DNA of 61,586 bases from Candidatus Nanoarchaeia archaeon (GCA_035293285.1 DATDOM010000084.1:1-61586), one strand, 5' to 3'; positions 10,333 to 21,210 are shown, counted from the first letter of the stretch. The notes: generated by a model from the letters alone, not told the origin. A program made the numbers and translations.

Positions 10333-10887
10333 ATGAAAACAGGATACAGTGTGCACGAGTGCATGACGACAAAACCAATTTCTGTTTCTGATTCTGATAC
10401 TCTGGAAGACTGCGCAAAAGTAATGAGCAAAAACCACGTTGGCGCCCTTGTAGTCAAAAAAGGGGTCGAATCGCATGGCATAATTACCGAGCAGGACATA
10501 GTCAGAAAGGTTGTGGCAAAGGGCATAAACCCTGTTGGAAAAAAAGTCAGGGACTTCATGGAAAAAAAACTGATTACAATCAAGCCGACTGAAGACATCT
10601 ATAATGCATTAATCAAGATGAGGGATTCAAATGTGAGGCACCTTCCGGTTGTTGAAAACGGGAAGATGATTGGCCTATTGACGCTTAAGGACATCCTGAA
10701 AATTGAGCCAAGCCTTTTTGACCTGCTTGTGGAGAAATTTGAAGTAAGGGAAACCTCAAGAAAGCCTATCGGAAGATTTATTCCGAACGAGGCAATATGC
10801 CAAAGCTGCGGCGCTTATGTCGAAAACGCAAGGAAAGTTAAAAGTATGCTCCTCTGCGAAAGGTGCGCAAAGGAACAGAAAGTATAA
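10333..10887 (+). CDS. CBS-domain pair protein with C-terminal CxxC...CxxC zinc ribbon
   Basis: Two CBS repeats (HECMTTKPISV...HGIITEQDIV and MEKKLITIKPT...MIGLLTLKDIL). The C-terminus has CQSCG and CERC. The ATG at 10333 follows GGTGG by 5-6 nt. Confidence 0.7.
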   Translation: MKTGYSVHECMTTKPISVSDSDTLEDCAKVMSKNHVGALVVKKGVESHGIITEQDIVRKVVAKGINPVGKKVRDFMEKKLITIKPTEDIYNALIKMRDSNVRHLPVVENGKMIGLLTLKDILKIEPSLFDLLVEKFEVRETSRKPIGRFIPNEAICQSCGAYVENARKVKSMLLCERCAKEQKV

Positions 10888-10913
10888 ATAATTCTTATGT
10901 ACTTTTTTTTGAT

Positions 10914-11555
10914 ATGCCAAAAATAAAAATTGCGCCATCGATTTTATCCGCTGATTTTTCAAAAATCAATGACGAGATAAAACAGGTGGAAAAATATTCT
11001 GACTTAATCCACGTTGACATTATGGACGGGATTTTTGTGCCTCCGGCGACTGTTGATTCTCATTTTGTCAAAACAATAAAAACAAAAGTGCCGCTTGATG
11101 TCCACCTTATGGTGCATGAGCCAAGCGATGAGTACCTTAAGGGATTTATTGATGCAGGAGCTTATTCAATCACAATCCACCAGGAGGCGTGCCGGGACCC
11201 GATGCACCAGATTAATTTCCTGAAAAAACACAAAATTAAATCCTGCATCTCAATCAAGCCTAATTCACCTCTTGACAAAATTAAAAAATATCTTGATTAT
11301 GTTGATATGGTTTTGATAATGACTGTAGAGCCCGGCTGGGGCGGACAAAAATTCATGGAAAGCATGATGCCCAAGATTTCAGAACTCAGGAAGCTTTACC
11401 CGAATCTGGACATAGAAGTTGACGGTGGAATAAGCCCGCTGACTGCAAGGACAGCGCTTGACGCAGGCGCAAACGTTTTTGTTGCGGGAAGCGCAATATT
11501 CGGACAAAAAGACCGGGTGCTGGCTGTAAAAGAAATTTTGAAAACTTTGGGATGA
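10914..11555 (+). CDS. rpe: ribulose-phosphate 3-epimerase
   Basis: MPKIKIAPSILSADFSKINDEI, HVDIMDGIFVP, DVHLMV, IMTVEPGWGGQKF and DGGI are all present. The start is set at the ATG at 10914 rather than the overlapping upstream Met. Confidence 0.85.
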   Translation: MPKIKIAPSILSADFSKINDEIKQVEKYSDLIHVDIMDGIFVPPATVDSHFVKTIKTKVPLDVHLMVHEPSDEYLKGFIDAGAYSITIHQEACRDPMHQINFLKKHKIKSCISIKPNSPLDKIKKYLDYVDMVLIMTVEPGWGGQKFMESMMPKISELRKLYPNLDIEVDGGISPLTARTALDAGANVFVAGSAIFGQKDRVLAVKEILKTLG

Positions 11556-11599
11556 ATTTTATGGCAAGATTTATAAAATCCCGCTCCTAAAAAAATCAA

Positions 11600-12727
11600 A
11601 TGACAAAAGATTTTGTAGTGACTCCATGGAATGTCAGCGGAAACATTGATTATGAAAAACTAATCAGGGATTTTGGTGTCAAATCCATTGATGATAGCCT
11701 GCTAAAACGAATTGAAAAACACACAGGAAATCTTCACCATTTTCTTACAAGAAAAATATTCTTTGCACATACTTATCTCGACACACTGTTAAATGACTTT
11801 GAAAAGAAAAATAAGTTTTATCTCTACACAGGACGAGCACCTTCTGGGCCGGTTCACCTTGGCCACATGACTCCTTGGATTTTCTGCAAATGGCTTCAGG
11901 ACAAGTTTGGCGCAACTTTGCTTTTCCAGATTCCTGACGAGGAGAAATTTCTTTTTAACGATAACCTCACACTTGATGACACAAAAAAATGGGCTTATGA
12001 AAACATCCTTGACATAATTGCAACAGGCTTTGACCCGAAAAAAACAAAAATATTTTTGGACACTGAATATTCGGGAATGATGTACAAGCACGCGTGCAGG
12101 GTTGCAAAAAAAGTAACGTTTTCGACTGCAAAATCCACATTTGGATTTACAGACTCAAATAATCTTGGGCAGATATTTTACACCTGCATGCAGTCTGTTC
12201 CTGCATTCTTGCCAAGCATTCTTGAAAACAAACCTACAAACTGCCTAATTCCATGCGCCATAGACCAGCAGCCCCATTTTTTTATGACAAATGATGTTGC
12301 GCCAAAGCTCGGATATCCAAAGCCGTCTACAATCCTTTCTAGGTTTCTTCCAGGGCTTGGAGGCATACAACAGGAGGGGAAGATGTCATCATCAATTTTG
12401 AATACTTCAATTTTCATGACAGACAATCCAAAACAGGTCAGGACAAAAATAATGAAGTATGCATTTTCAGGAGGAAAAGACACGATTGACGAGCACAGGA
12501 AGCATGGTGGAAATCCTGAGGTTGATGTAGCCTATCAATATCTCACATTCTTCCTCGAGGACGATAAAAAACTAAAGCAGATTTATGATGATTACAAATC
12601 AGGAAAGCTTTTGTCCGGAGAACTTAAGCAGATTGCAGTTGACGTGATAAACCATGAACTTGAATCCCATCAGAAAAGAAGGGAAAAAGCAAAGCACGAC
12701 ATTGAAAAATTCATGTTAAGGGATTAG
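11600..12727 (+). CDS. trpS: tryptophanyl-tRNA synthetase (archaeal/eukaryotic type)
   Basis: VTPWNVSGNIDYEKLIRDFG N-terminus, HIGH-type PSGPVHLGHM and KMSKS-type KMSSS. The length of ~375 aa fits. Confidence 0.8.
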   Translation: MTKDFVVTPWNVSGNIDYEKLIRDFGVKSIDDSLLKRIEKHTGNLHHFLTRKIFFAHTYLDTLLNDFEKKNKFYLYTGRAPSGPVHLGHMTPWIFCKWLQDKFGATLLFQIPDEEKFLFNDNLTLDDTKKWAYENILDIIATGFDPKKTKIFLDTEYSGMMYKHACRVAKKVTFSTAKSTFGFTDSNNLGQIFYTCMQSVPAFLPSILENKPTNCLIPCAIDQQPHFFMTNDVAPKLGYPKPSTILSRFLPGLGGIQQEGKMSSSILNTSIFMTDNPKQVRTKIMKYAFSGGKDTIDEHRKHGGNPEVDVAYQYLTFFLEDDKKLKQIYDDYKSGKLLSGELKQIAVDVINHELESHQKRREKAKHDIEKFMLRD

Positions 12728-12770
12728 GATTCTTTTTTGAGAATTATTAAAAATTTATTTTTTATCTTCT

Positions 12771-12872
12771 GGTTGCCATCGGCTCGCACTATTTTGTTTT
12801 TCTTTTAAGGGAAAAATTCACTTTGAAATCCTCTTTTTCCATAAACTAATCCTTAAAAGGTGCTCGCAAATT
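12771..12872 (-). repeat. intergenic structured repeat, family A copy 2 (inverted relative to copy 1)
   Basis: Its reverse complement aligns with 5322-5433. It has a perfect terminal stem GGTTGCCATC/GATGGCAACC and an internal GGAAAAA/TTTTTCC hairpin. Confidence 0.8.
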
Positions 12873-12889
12873 GATGGCAACCCTTAAAC

Positions 12890-15367
12890 TCAACTAAAAA
12901 ATCCTTCCAGCTTTGTTTGCTCTTTTTTCTCAAGCAAATCTTCTTTTGTGTAACCCAAAACATTGAAAATTCTTTCTACCGACGGAATAACTTGATTATT
13001 AATATAATAGTCAGCGTCATACTCATTTCCTTTTACCTCTTCAGGCAGTTTTGAGCGGTTGCTTATTATTTCGTTGCCCTGAGTCACAATATATTTTATC
13101 ATTGTCCCAGGCCCTATTGGGATTCCCTTGTTTTTCATTCTTTGTGCGACAACTACATGGGGGCCTTTGTTTGCGTAATCCAGAATTTCCTTTTGTAATT
13201 GCATGTGGATAATGACTTTTTCGACAGGTATTGTCCTGCTACGCAGCGACTTGATTGTTTCAAGAACATACTTCAATGCCTTTTTTTGGTCATGCTCAAT
13301 CAAAATTATATTCAGCGTATTTTCCTGTACTTCTTTTGCAATAAGCGACCAGTTTCTCCTCACAGTTTCAAATCCCCTTATCTTCAGTGTGCCGTCTTCG
13401 CGTGCGAGTGCATATTTTTTCTTGGCGCCAAAAGCTCCAATTTTTGCAGAGACAAAAATCCCGCTTGGATAAAACCCCTCGTAATCAAGCTCCATTAATC
13501 CCGGAAGCTGCTTGTTAACTTCCTCTTTAAAACTAACTGCATCCTCTTTTGTCTTGTTTTCGAGTGAAAGAAAAATGCTGTCTGTGTCACTGTACAAAAC
13601 CCTAAAGCCAGCCTTCTGCGCCTCTTCAATAACCTGCCGGATGTGGAATCTTCCCCATGCTGTCACGCTTTTTGCAGAATCCAAAGAATAACCCCTCGCA
13701 CCAAAGAATCCAAGATACCCATAAAATGAATTTGCCATGAGCTTTAATGTATTTTGCCTGGCGTCGAGAAAAACAATATTTTCAGAATTTCCCAATCTTT
13801 TTTCTTCTTTAATAAGCTCTTTTATTTTTGTCCTTCTTGAAATCAGGTCTTCAATGAGGGTTGGAATCAGCCCCTTCTTTTTTTCACAAAACCAGAATCT
13901 TTCGTTTCCGTCTCCAGGAGTCAATTTTGCAGTGTTTTGGCAGCAGTCGCAGTTTATTGTGTCAGGCCCTATGTTATGCGAGCTTATTATTGTCGGATAT
14001 AGGCTTCTAAAATCAAAGACAGCTATGCTCTTGAATACGCCCGGCGTCGGCTCAAAAACAAAGCCTCCTTCATAAGTCTGCATTCGCCGCGTTTGCACGT
14101 CACTGAATTCAGGCTTGTTTGGCATTATTTCATTAAAGTTAACTGCCTGCTTCATTATGTACCACTCCACAAGCTGCGAAAATCCCATCCTGTTGACATC
14201 AAAAATGGGAAGACCTACAATCTTTACCATCTCTATTATTGTGGGCATCATCTTGACTGCAAGGTTATATGTCAACCTGGCGTCATGAAGATTGTACTCG
14301 CAATATTTTTCAAGTTTTTGCGGTTCATTGTCCCAGATTTGAGGAAGCTCTGCAAGTGAGATTTCCTTTTTATTCTCATTTAACAATGCGCTTGCAACAC
14401 TGTCAAGATCATAAGCCTGGACATCAACCTGCCCGCGCATCACTTTTTTTATGAACTTGAAAATGTCCAGATGGGTGATTCCGTTAATTGAAGCGGATGT
14501 TTCCTTTCCGCCCTTGATTCTTAAGTCTGAATTATCAAGGCCTAAGTCAAATTTTATTCCGTTTTTTGAAGCCCTTGTTTTTAGGTACGGCAGGTCAAAG
14601 CCGTCAGAGAAGTATCCTGTTATTATGTCAGGATTAAAATCTTCAATTGCTTTTTTGGCTTTTGAAATCAGTTCTTTTTCAGATTCTGCAAACTCCATAT
14701 ACTCAAGGCTTGTCTCAAATTTTTTCCAGCAAAAAACTTTTGCAAATCCCTCCCCGTAGAGCGCAATTGTAAGGACAGGATTTTTTTCCATGTCAATTGC
14801 CATTCCAAAAGGGCTGTAAGTTTCAATGTCTATCGCAAGGACTTTTGGATTTGTCAGTGTATCGGTACTTGATTGCCGGATATGCCCTGCTCTGAAAACA
14901 TCAACTTTGAATTTGCTCTCTGTTTTTTCCAAAGATGATTCGTGCAGCATCATGGGCGTTATGTTTTTATCAATCAGGTATCTGCGAACGTATGGTATAT
15001 CATATTCATATACTCCGTCGACAGAATCCCACCCTTTTATGACTTGGGCAACAGGAGGGACTGCTGCCGGAATGTTTGTAAAAACCTTGATTGCACTGAC
15101 TTCCCTTCCCAAAAACTTCTTTTGAACCTGCTCAGTTCTTATTACAAAGAAAACTTCATTTTCCTCTTCAACTCTTATTTTAATTATTTTTTCGCTGATA
15201 CTTGTTTCATTCTCTTTTGGTATGACATAGAAATAGGGCTCAAAATCTTCATCAGTTATACAAATTTGGTTTCCATCCCCTAAGCGGCAGAACAAGTGCA
15301 CTACAGGCTTTTTGCCTATTATCTTGTATGTTGCGTCAAGCAGGAAGAACTTAAGTGTTTCTGGCAT
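12890..15367 (-). CDS. polB: family B DNA polymerase
   Basis: Exo I is LAIDIET, Exo II is GFDLPYL and Exo III is YNLHDARLTY. Pol motif A is DFRSLYPTII, motif B is KLMANSFYGYLG and motif C is YSDTDS. No intein-sized insertion is present. Confidence 0.9.
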   Translation of the reverse strand: MPETLKFFLLDATYKIIGKKPVVHLFCRLGDGNQICITDEDFEPYFYVIPKENETSISEKIIKIRVEEENEVFFVIRTEQVQKKFLGREVSAIKVFTNIPAAVPPVAQVIKGWDSVDGVYEYDIPYVRRYLIDKNITPMMLHESSLEKTESKFKVDVFRAGHIRQSSTDTLTNPKVLAIDIETYSPFGMAIDMEKNPVLTIALYGEGFAKVFCWKKFETSLEYMEFAESEKELISKAKKAIEDFNPDIITGYFSDGFDLPYLKTRASKNGIKFDLGLDNSDLRIKGGKETSASINGITHLDIFKFIKKVMRGQVDVQAYDLDSVASALLNENKKEISLAELPQIWDNEPQKLEKYCEYNLHDARLTYNLAVKMMPTIIEMVKIVGLPIFDVNRMGFSQLVEWYIMKQAVNFNEIMPNKPEFSDVQTRRMQTYEGGFVFEPTPGVFKSIAVFDFRSLYPTIISSHNIGPDTINCDCCQNTAKLTPGDGNERFWFCEKKKGLIPTLIEDLISRRTKIKELIKEEKRLGNSENIVFLDARQNTLKLMANSFYGYLGFFGARGYSLDSAKSVTAWGRFHIRQVIEEAQKAGFRVLYSDTDSIFLSLENKTKEDAVSFKEEVNKQLPGLMELDYEGFYPSGIFVSAKIGAFGAKKKYALAREDGTLKIRGFETVRRNWSLIAKEVQENTLNIILIEHDQKKALKYVLETIKSLRSRTIPVEKVIIHMQLQKEILDYANKGPHVVVAQRMKNKGIPIGPGTMIKYIVTQGNEIISNRSKLPEEVKGNEYDADYYINNQVIPSVERIFNVLGYTKEDLLEKKEQTKLEGFFS

Positions 15368-15412
15368 AATTTAAGGAAGAAAGGATTGTATATAAATTTT
15401 GGTGATAAAACT

Positions 15413-16960
15413 TCAATCTCTATAGAAAATCAATGTCCCTTTTGGTATCTTTCTTGGGTCTACGTCATCTCCGTTTATCATCTTTCCATTTGGCAGCCTG
15501 TAATAAGTTGACGGAAAGTTCCATTCTCTTGCTATTTCTGAGGGAGGCCTGTCTGCAGTAACATGCCCCCCATACACATATCCTACCAAAACTTTTGTTC
15601 CTTTTGGCAATGCATTAAGCTGCGAAGATTTTACCTGTTTACCAGTCCTGACTATTCCATCCTCAAAGAAATATATTGTCGTTGAACTGTCATATTCATC
15701 TCCTGCTATGCTCCAGGCAGTGGTATTTTTCTTATTTATCTCGCTAAAGCCTGCCGGCCTTTCGTCTTTTTCATCCGGCTCATCTTCGTCTTTTTTTATT
15801 TTAGTGGCCTTTTCAATTTTTATCGGAGTTGTTTCCCTTCCATATATTACTCTTGCAAGATACGGATCAGCATTAACCAATCTGCCTGCTTTGATATCGG
15901 GGTCGAAATGAGGCTTGTCTGCTATGCCTAACCTTCTCCTTACTTCCAAAGTTGCAAATTGCATTCCACATCTTTTTCTCCCCCTATGACTCCTTCGATG
16001 GTATCTGTTTGGCCTGCCAAAGGCAACCATCGAATGAGTCAATACTTCATTATCTGAAATTCCCGGATATCGTGACTGAATATACCTTATCAAGGAGCTT
16101 AATGAAGCATATTGGGCACCGGTTATGGACTTATAGTGATATCCGCAGACTTCTATCCCAACTGAATGGCTGCTTATGTTTGACAAGCCATCCCACATGC
16201 TTCTGCCTGCGTGTTTTGCCAATCTTCCCAGTTCTATTGTGTTATACACTGTTCCATTTGTTGCAACAATAAAATTTGCGGTTCCATCTTTGTGTATGCT
16301 TCCTAAAGAACTCCTGTCACTTGCTTCTGTTGTATGCAGAATAATAAATTTTGTAGATGGCCTGATAGGTCTTCTGGAGTTTCTTGGACTAAGGTGTGAT
16401 ACAATTAAACTGCCTCTTCTTTGCTGCGGCGCTTGTCTTTTTTGAGGCTCTGCCTTTTTTACACTGATTTTTTTATTTCTCGACCTCCCTTTTCCAAAAC
16501 CAACTACTGAAGCTGCTGCGACGCCTGCGGTTGCCAGACCTAATCTTTTAATTGCACTCCTTCTTGATAAATCTACTTTTTGCTCTTCTTCTATATCTTC
16601 CAAGATTTTGGCAAGGTCTTTGTAAATTAACTGAATCCATTCATTGCTTGGCTGCTTATTGCTCAAATCAGACAGGAATGTGTCTATGTCATTCATTTCT
16701 TGGCTATAAATTCCGCTATCGCTGTCCTCCCTTTCTGATTTGTAGTGCTTATGAAGTTCGCTTAAAATTAGCCTTATCTTTTCAGTCTCTTCTGTAATCT
16801 CTGAAAAATTCCACTTTACCCTCTCAATCCAGATGTTTGCAACATCCCTTTGAAGATACGGCTTTATATCTCCCCACAAGCTTATCAGCCTGTATTTTTC
16901 TATGCCCAGCTGAGTGAACTCGTCCCTTCTCCAGGGTAGAATTCTATCAAGTATTCCCAT
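15413..16960 (-). CDS. N-acetylmuramoyl-L-alanine amidase (amidase_2/PGRP fold) domain protein with internal Tat-like signal/TM segment
   Basis: The amidase_2 core is FIILHTTEA...NFIVATNGTVY...AKHAGRSMWDG...SVGIEVCG...LTHSMVA. Residues ~132-156 (SRRSAIKRLGLATAGVAAASVVGFG) look like a twin-arginine signal. The C-terminal ~100 aa form a beta-rich domain. Confidence 0.7.
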   Translation of the reverse strand: MGILDRILPWRRDEFTQLGIEKYRLISLWGDIKPYLQRDVANIWIERVKWNFSEITEETEKIRLILSELHKHYKSEREDSDSGIYSQEMNDIDTFLSDLSNKQPSNEWIQLIYKDLAKILEDIEEEQKVDLSRRSAIKRLGLATAGVAAASVVGFGKGRSRNKKISVKKAEPQKRQAPQQRRGSLIVSHLSPRNSRRPIRPSTKFIILHTTEASDRSSLGSIHKDGTANFIVATNGTVYNTIELGRLAKHAGRSMWDGLSNISSHSVGIEVCGYHYKSITGAQYASLSSLIRYIQSRYPGISDNEVLTHSMVAFGRPNRYHRRSHRGRKRCGMQFATLEVRRRLGIADKPHFDPDIKAGRLVNADPYLARVIYGRETTPIKIEKATKIKKDEDEPDEKDERPAGFSEINKKNTTAWSIAGDEYDSSTTIYFFEDGIVRTGKQVKSSQLNALPKGTKVLVGYVYGGHVTADRPPSEIAREWNFPSTYYRLPNGKMINGDDVDPRKIPKGTLIFYRD

Positions 16961-17008
16961 AAGCTTTTCTTTTAAGATGTATTATTTATATTTTGGTAAT
17001 TTTTGATT

Positions 17009-18238
17009 TTATTTGAAAGAAAAAGAATAATCTAGCTTTTCCGGATTTGACTTTTTAATTTCTTCAATACGCTTTTCTATATCTTTTTTCCCCTGATGGC
17101 CGAGCTTTATTGCATTTTCATAACACTTCATAGCATCGTAAGGGCTGCCTGCCTTATCCAATGATACTCCAAGGTTGTAGAATCCTATAGGGTTGTTTCG
17201 GTTCAATTTAATGCTGATTTTTAATAAGTCAATTGCCCCTTTATAATTTCCGAGCTTTTCCAAAACTGCACCAAGGCTATTATATATTAGGTAATTGTTT
17301 GGATTGAGAATAATCGCTTTTGACAAATTCCTTTTTGCTTCTTTTAGCATTCCTTTCTTGAAATAGCAAGTTCCAAGATTCAGAAATGCCGTGCTGTCTT
17401 TCTTAATCCTTAAAGACTCGGTGTAATTGCTGATTGCACCATCGTAATTTCCTTCATTTTCATTTATTACCCCAAGCTCAAAAAGCGCATCGCTGTTTTT
17501 CGGCTCAAGGCTTAATGATTTTTTGAAAGCGTTACTTGCATCACTGATTTTCCCATTTTCCCTAAACAAAACCCCTAATTCATGGCATGTCTTACTGCTC
17601 GGAGTATTCTTGGCTTTTTTCTTGCAAAGCTCAAGGTAAAACAGATGCTTCTTCTTTAAGACTTCAACATCAGTATTTCCAAAATTGCTAATGATTATAT
17701 TTGAAGGTTTAATCAATCCTTTTTTTGATTCGATTGAGGGCTCTACAAGCTCGTGAACAGTCCCTTCAAACTCAAAACCCCTGTTATTCCTAAAAAGCCT
17801 TACAATTGCCGAGCCAAACCAGCCAGGATATGAATTCTTTTCTGCCTTTAAACTGTCTGTAATAAATCCTGCAGTCTTGGTATTATTAGTGTAATTTTTT
17901 TGTATTATCAGAAACCCATCTGCTTTTTCATCCTTTATAGATTCTTTAATCAGTTGCAGGCTTTCTTTGCTGACCAGTTCGTCAGCATCAAGCGTCAAAA
18001 TCCAGTCCTTCGTTGCGTGTTTTAGGCTCTCATTTCTTGCAGCACTAAAATCATCCTGCCATTTGTAATCTATGACTTTTGCGCCCAGCTTTTTTGCAAT
18101 CTCCTTTGTCTTGTCCCTGCTGCCTGTATCAACTATGATTATTTCGTCGACAATACTCTTGACAGAATCAACACATCTACTCAGGTTGTCTTGTTCGTCC
18201 TTTACTATCATACACAGAGATATTGTTGGGTTTGTCAT
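17009..18238 (-). CDS. family 2 glycosyltransferase fused to TPR repeats
   Basis: SLCMIVKDEQDNLSRCVDSV...IIIVDTGSRDKT...LDADE is GT2-like. The C-terminal half has repeated TPR-like units (A..Y.kAl.l.P.n..a..nLG). Confidence 0.75.
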   Translation of the reverse strand: MTNPTISLCMIVKDEQDNLSRCVDSVKSIVDEIIIVDTGSRDKTKEIAKKLGAKVIDYKWQDDFSAARNESLKHATKDWILTLDADELVSKESLQLIKESIKDEKADGFLIIQKNYTNNTKTAGFITDSLKAEKNSYPGWFGSAIVRLFRNNRGFEFEGTVHELVEPSIESKKGLIKPSNIIISNFGNTDVEVLKKKHLFYLELCKKKAKNTPSSKTCHELGVLFRENGKISDASNAFKKSLSLEPKNSDALFELGVINENEGNYDGAISNYTESLRIKKDSTAFLNLGTCYFKKGMLKEAKRNLSKAIILNPNNYLIYNSLGAVLEKLGNYKGAIDLLKISIKLNRNNPIGFYNLGVSLDKAGSPYDAMKCYENAIKLGHQGKKDIEKRIEEIKKSNPEKLDYSFSFK

Positions 18239-18417
18239 TGCTTTTAGAATTAAATAACCATATTTAAATTGTTCGATAAAGTGTTTTTTGCTTATTCAAA
18301 ATGAAAACTAATATATAGAATGGTATACCCAAAGCTAAAATCAATTATTTTCATACGTAAAAATCTTAATGTCTATACTAAAATATATATCTTTTAGTAT
18401 ATAATATTACCAAAAGC

Positions 18418-18425
18418 TTTAAATA
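18418..18425 (+). promoter_or_regulatory. TATA box (AAAGC-TTTAAATA) for the S-layer-like gene
   Basis: This is the same AAAGC-TTTAWATA pattern seen at other promoters, but here it lies ~117 nt upstream of the ATG, implying a ~90-nt leader. Confidence 0.4.
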
Positions 18426-18526
18426 TGGATGTTATTACTTTGACTACAACGAACTTCCTAAGGGGATGTTCTATGGTATAATATTCATACGATATTATAC
18501 GAGAAGACTAGTAAAATAAAACACTT

Positions 18527-18533
18527 GGAGGTG
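18527..18533 (+). promoter_or_regulatory. Shine-Dalgarno site GGAGGTG
   Basis: GGAGGTG lies 8 nt upstream of the ATG at 18542. Confidence 0.6.
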
Positions 18534-18541
18534 TTTAGAAG

Positions 18542-21181
18542 ATGAGATTTCAAAAAGCTATAAAGAGAATGATTGCATTAGGTACAGGCGCAATTATGGT
18601 TGGATCGTCTGTATTTGCAGCAGCAGATTTGGCTAATTTTCCATCACCATTTATTAAGGATGGCAAGTTCAATGGGATAATCGTTGTTGGCGACACAGCA
18701 AATGCACAGGATGTTATCGGCATGTCGGACGTCATGGCAAGCCTGCAGTTCGCAGCAACAAAGAAAGCTCCAGTAGGCGGTTCGGTAAATGACCCTGCCC
18801 CTGAAGGAGGAGACAGCTGGAAGGTTGGATATGGTTCAACAAAAATTCTAGAGATGAGCGAGAACCTTAACACAGGAACAAACCGAGAATCAATCGCGAC
18901 AATCACATCGGGAAACTTTATTGATGAGTCTGAGATGCCAGAACTATTGGCTCACCAGATGGTCAATAATCCAAAAGGAGATGCTGAGTACGACCAAAGA
19001 TTGTACTTTGAAGACACATCAACTGGTTTTGTTACCTACACTGAAAATGATGACGATGTAACTGCAGATTTCTTGTTCTTTGCAAATGGAAGGCAAATTG
19101 CAAGATATGAAGCTGAATTCACAACATCTCTTGAAAGCGATGTGGATGATTCAACAGGAGCATCATCAACAACAGGGACTTTCCTTACAGATTTTGAGGA
19201 TGTTCAGTTCACAATGCTTGGCAAGAAGTTTGAAGTTGTTACAGCAAGAAGGGTAAGTTCAGCAGGTAATAGCATCATCTTGACCTTAATGGGCGGAGCT
19301 GCTAAAGACACTTTGCTTGAAGGCCAGACAAAGACATACACAATTGACGGCAAGGATTTTGAAGTAACCTTGAATTATGTCGATGGTGATGAAGCTCAGT
19401 TTACGATAAACGGCCAGACAACAAGGAAGCTTGTTGATGGAGACACCGACAAGTTGTCGGATGGAACCACTGTTGGCGTGAGTGAAATCTTATACCAAGA
19501 TTACGCAGGCGGTATTCACAGCGCAACTTTCTTTATTGGAGCGCAGAAGATTGAGTTGAGAGACAACTTAATCACGGATACTGCAAGCGACCACGAGTTG
19601 GAAGTTGACGATGAAACAATCGACAATGCCGATGTTGTAATAACTGGTAGCGATGACAACACCACTTTCAGGATAGATTCAATCGTCTTGAACATAAGTG
19701 CAGATGATGACTTCTTTGTGCCTGTTGGAGGAAAGCTGAGTGATGCTATCAAGGCAGCTGACACAAAGAGTGGCGAGCCGGAAGCAATATTCACAAACAA
19801 CTGGGATATAGAATATCTTGGATTGAGTAACCAGCCTTTGGCAGAAATAAATGTCAAGTCCTCTGGAAGCGACGAATACCAGTTGACTTTCCAGGATGGA
19901 AAGGGGAATATGGCAAAATTGCCAATTGCTCATTCGCCATCCGCAAGTACCTTGGTATTTGGTGACGACGATGACAATTTGATCATAAGAGAAAACCAAA
20001 TTATTATGAAGGACGATTACTTCATCGTTACAGATATGACTGACACAGATGGAGAAAGGCAGTCCTTTGCTCTGAGGTATAGGAAAGCAGACAGATCGAC
20101 CAAAGACAACCCAATCTTCAGATTTGATGACTTGGGAAGTGGAAACAGCATTGAAGAGAGTGTTAAAGTATCAAGTACTACGACTGTCTTTAATGGTGTA
20201 ACTACAGCAGTGGCTGGTATAATAAACCTTGGAGGGGCAAAGTTTAATGTGTACAATGCATCCTCGCACCTTTTGGACGACTTTAACTTGTTTGTGGATT
20301 TGGACGCGGGTTTCACTTCAGGCCTATCTGATGTAAATTCGTCTTCAGTTGTTATAAACACCAAAGATGGAGCAAGTGTTAACTTGACCAATGGTTCTTA
20401 CTTCAACTCAAGCGTTGGGTGGATAGGCGGTCATGTAGTGGTAGACATCAAAACACCAAACACTGATGACTTTGATGATTTGGTACCAACTGCAGTGAGC
20501 TTTAATATCACTGCTGACTCTAACGGAGAAGTTAGAATGAACAAGGCAGCTGGACAGAACATTAACTTTATCAGCCCAGAGGATGACGACGATAATGAAT
20601 ATGCTTTCACAAGCCAGGGTGCTTTTGTAAAGTACTATTCAGCAAGCAGCGACCCGCAGGAATTGACTGTATGGTATCCAAAAGAGCAGAGGGTTCCTTT
20701 AGTGTATGTAACATCAATAGGAACAAGCTTTATGGAAGCAGCAGCATCAGAAACAGACCCTGTATTGGTACAGAGAATCCAGGTTGGGGCAGCTAAACTG
20801 GCTTCAGAAGTAGCTGACATAAAGGCACAAAACACCATCCTTGTAGGTGGTCCATGTGCAAACGCAGGTTCAGCAGCAGTTATGGGTGCTTCAAGCGCTG
20901 ATTGTACAGCAGGATTTGAACCGGGAGTTGGACTAGTCCAGCTTTGGGAGCACGCTAACGGAAACGTTGCAATGCTAGTTGCAGGTTACTCTGGATTGGA
21001 CACACGAAACGCAGCACAGGTTGTTGCTAACTACAAAGAATATGCCGGAAAATTGAAAGGCATGAAAGTAGAAGTAAAGAAAGTCCAGAACCAGTTGACT
21101 GTTGCAGCACCAGCACCAAAAGCAATGGAAACTCCAGTAATGGATGATTCCACTGTGGACGACACTGAGGTTGTAGCTTAA
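18542..21181 (+). CDS. S-layer / major surface (glyco)protein candidate
   Basis: Signal peptide MIALGTGAIMVGSSVFAAA. The protein is an 879-aa acidic, T/S/D-rich beta protein with many N-x-S/T sequons. Its C-terminal ILVGGPCANA segment resembles archaeal S-layer C-terminal domains. It has a strong SD, a long leader and a hairpin terminator. Confidence 0.6.
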   Translation: MRFQKAIKRMIALGTGAIMVGSSVFAAADLANFPSPFIKDGKFNGIIVVGDTANAQDVIGMSDVMASLQFAATKKAPVGGSVNDPAPEGGDSWKVGYGSTKILEMSENLNTGTNRESIATITSGNFIDESEMPELLAHQMVNNPKGDAEYDQRLYFEDTSTGFVTYTENDDDVTADFLFFANGRQIARYEAEFTTSLESDVDDSTGASSTTGTFLTDFEDVQFTMLGKKFEVVTARRVSSAGNSIILTLMGGAAKDTLLEGQTKTYTIDGKDFEVTLNYVDGDEAQFTINGQTTRKLVDGDTDKLSDGTTVGVSEILYQDYAGGIHSATFFIGAQKIELRDNLITDTASDHELEVDDETIDNADVVITGSDDNTTFRIDSIVLNISADDDFFVPVGGKLSDAIKAADTKSGEPEAIFTNNWDIEYLGLSNQPLAEINVKSSGSDEYQLTFQDGKGNMAKLPIAHSPSASTLVFGDDDDNLIIRENQIIMKDDYFIVTDMTDTDGERQSFALRYRKADRSTKDNPIFRFDDLGSGNSIEESVKVSSTTTVFNGVTTAVAGIINLGGAKFNVYNASSHLLDDFNLFVDLDAGFTSGLSDVNSSSVVINTKDGASVNLTNGSYFNSSVGWIGGHVVVDIKTPNTDDFDDLVPTAVSFNITADSNGEVRMNKAAGQNINFISPEDDDDNEYAFTSQGAFVKYYSASSDPQELTVWYPKEQRVPLVYVTSIGTSFMEAAASETDPVLVQRIQVGAAKLASEVADIKAQNTILVGGPCANAGSAAVMGASSADCTAGFEPGVGLVQLWEHANGNVAMLVAGYSGLDTRNAAQVVANYKEYAGKLKGMKVEVKKVQNQLTVAAPAPKAMETPVMDDSTVDDTEVVA

Positions 21182-21210
21182 GGGTTTAACCCTTTATTTT
21201 TTTTCTTTTC
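21181..21210 (+). terminator. hairpin plus T-tract after the S-layer-like gene
   Basis: AGGGTT-T-AACCCT is followed directly by TTATTTTTTTTCTTTTC. Confidence 0.5.
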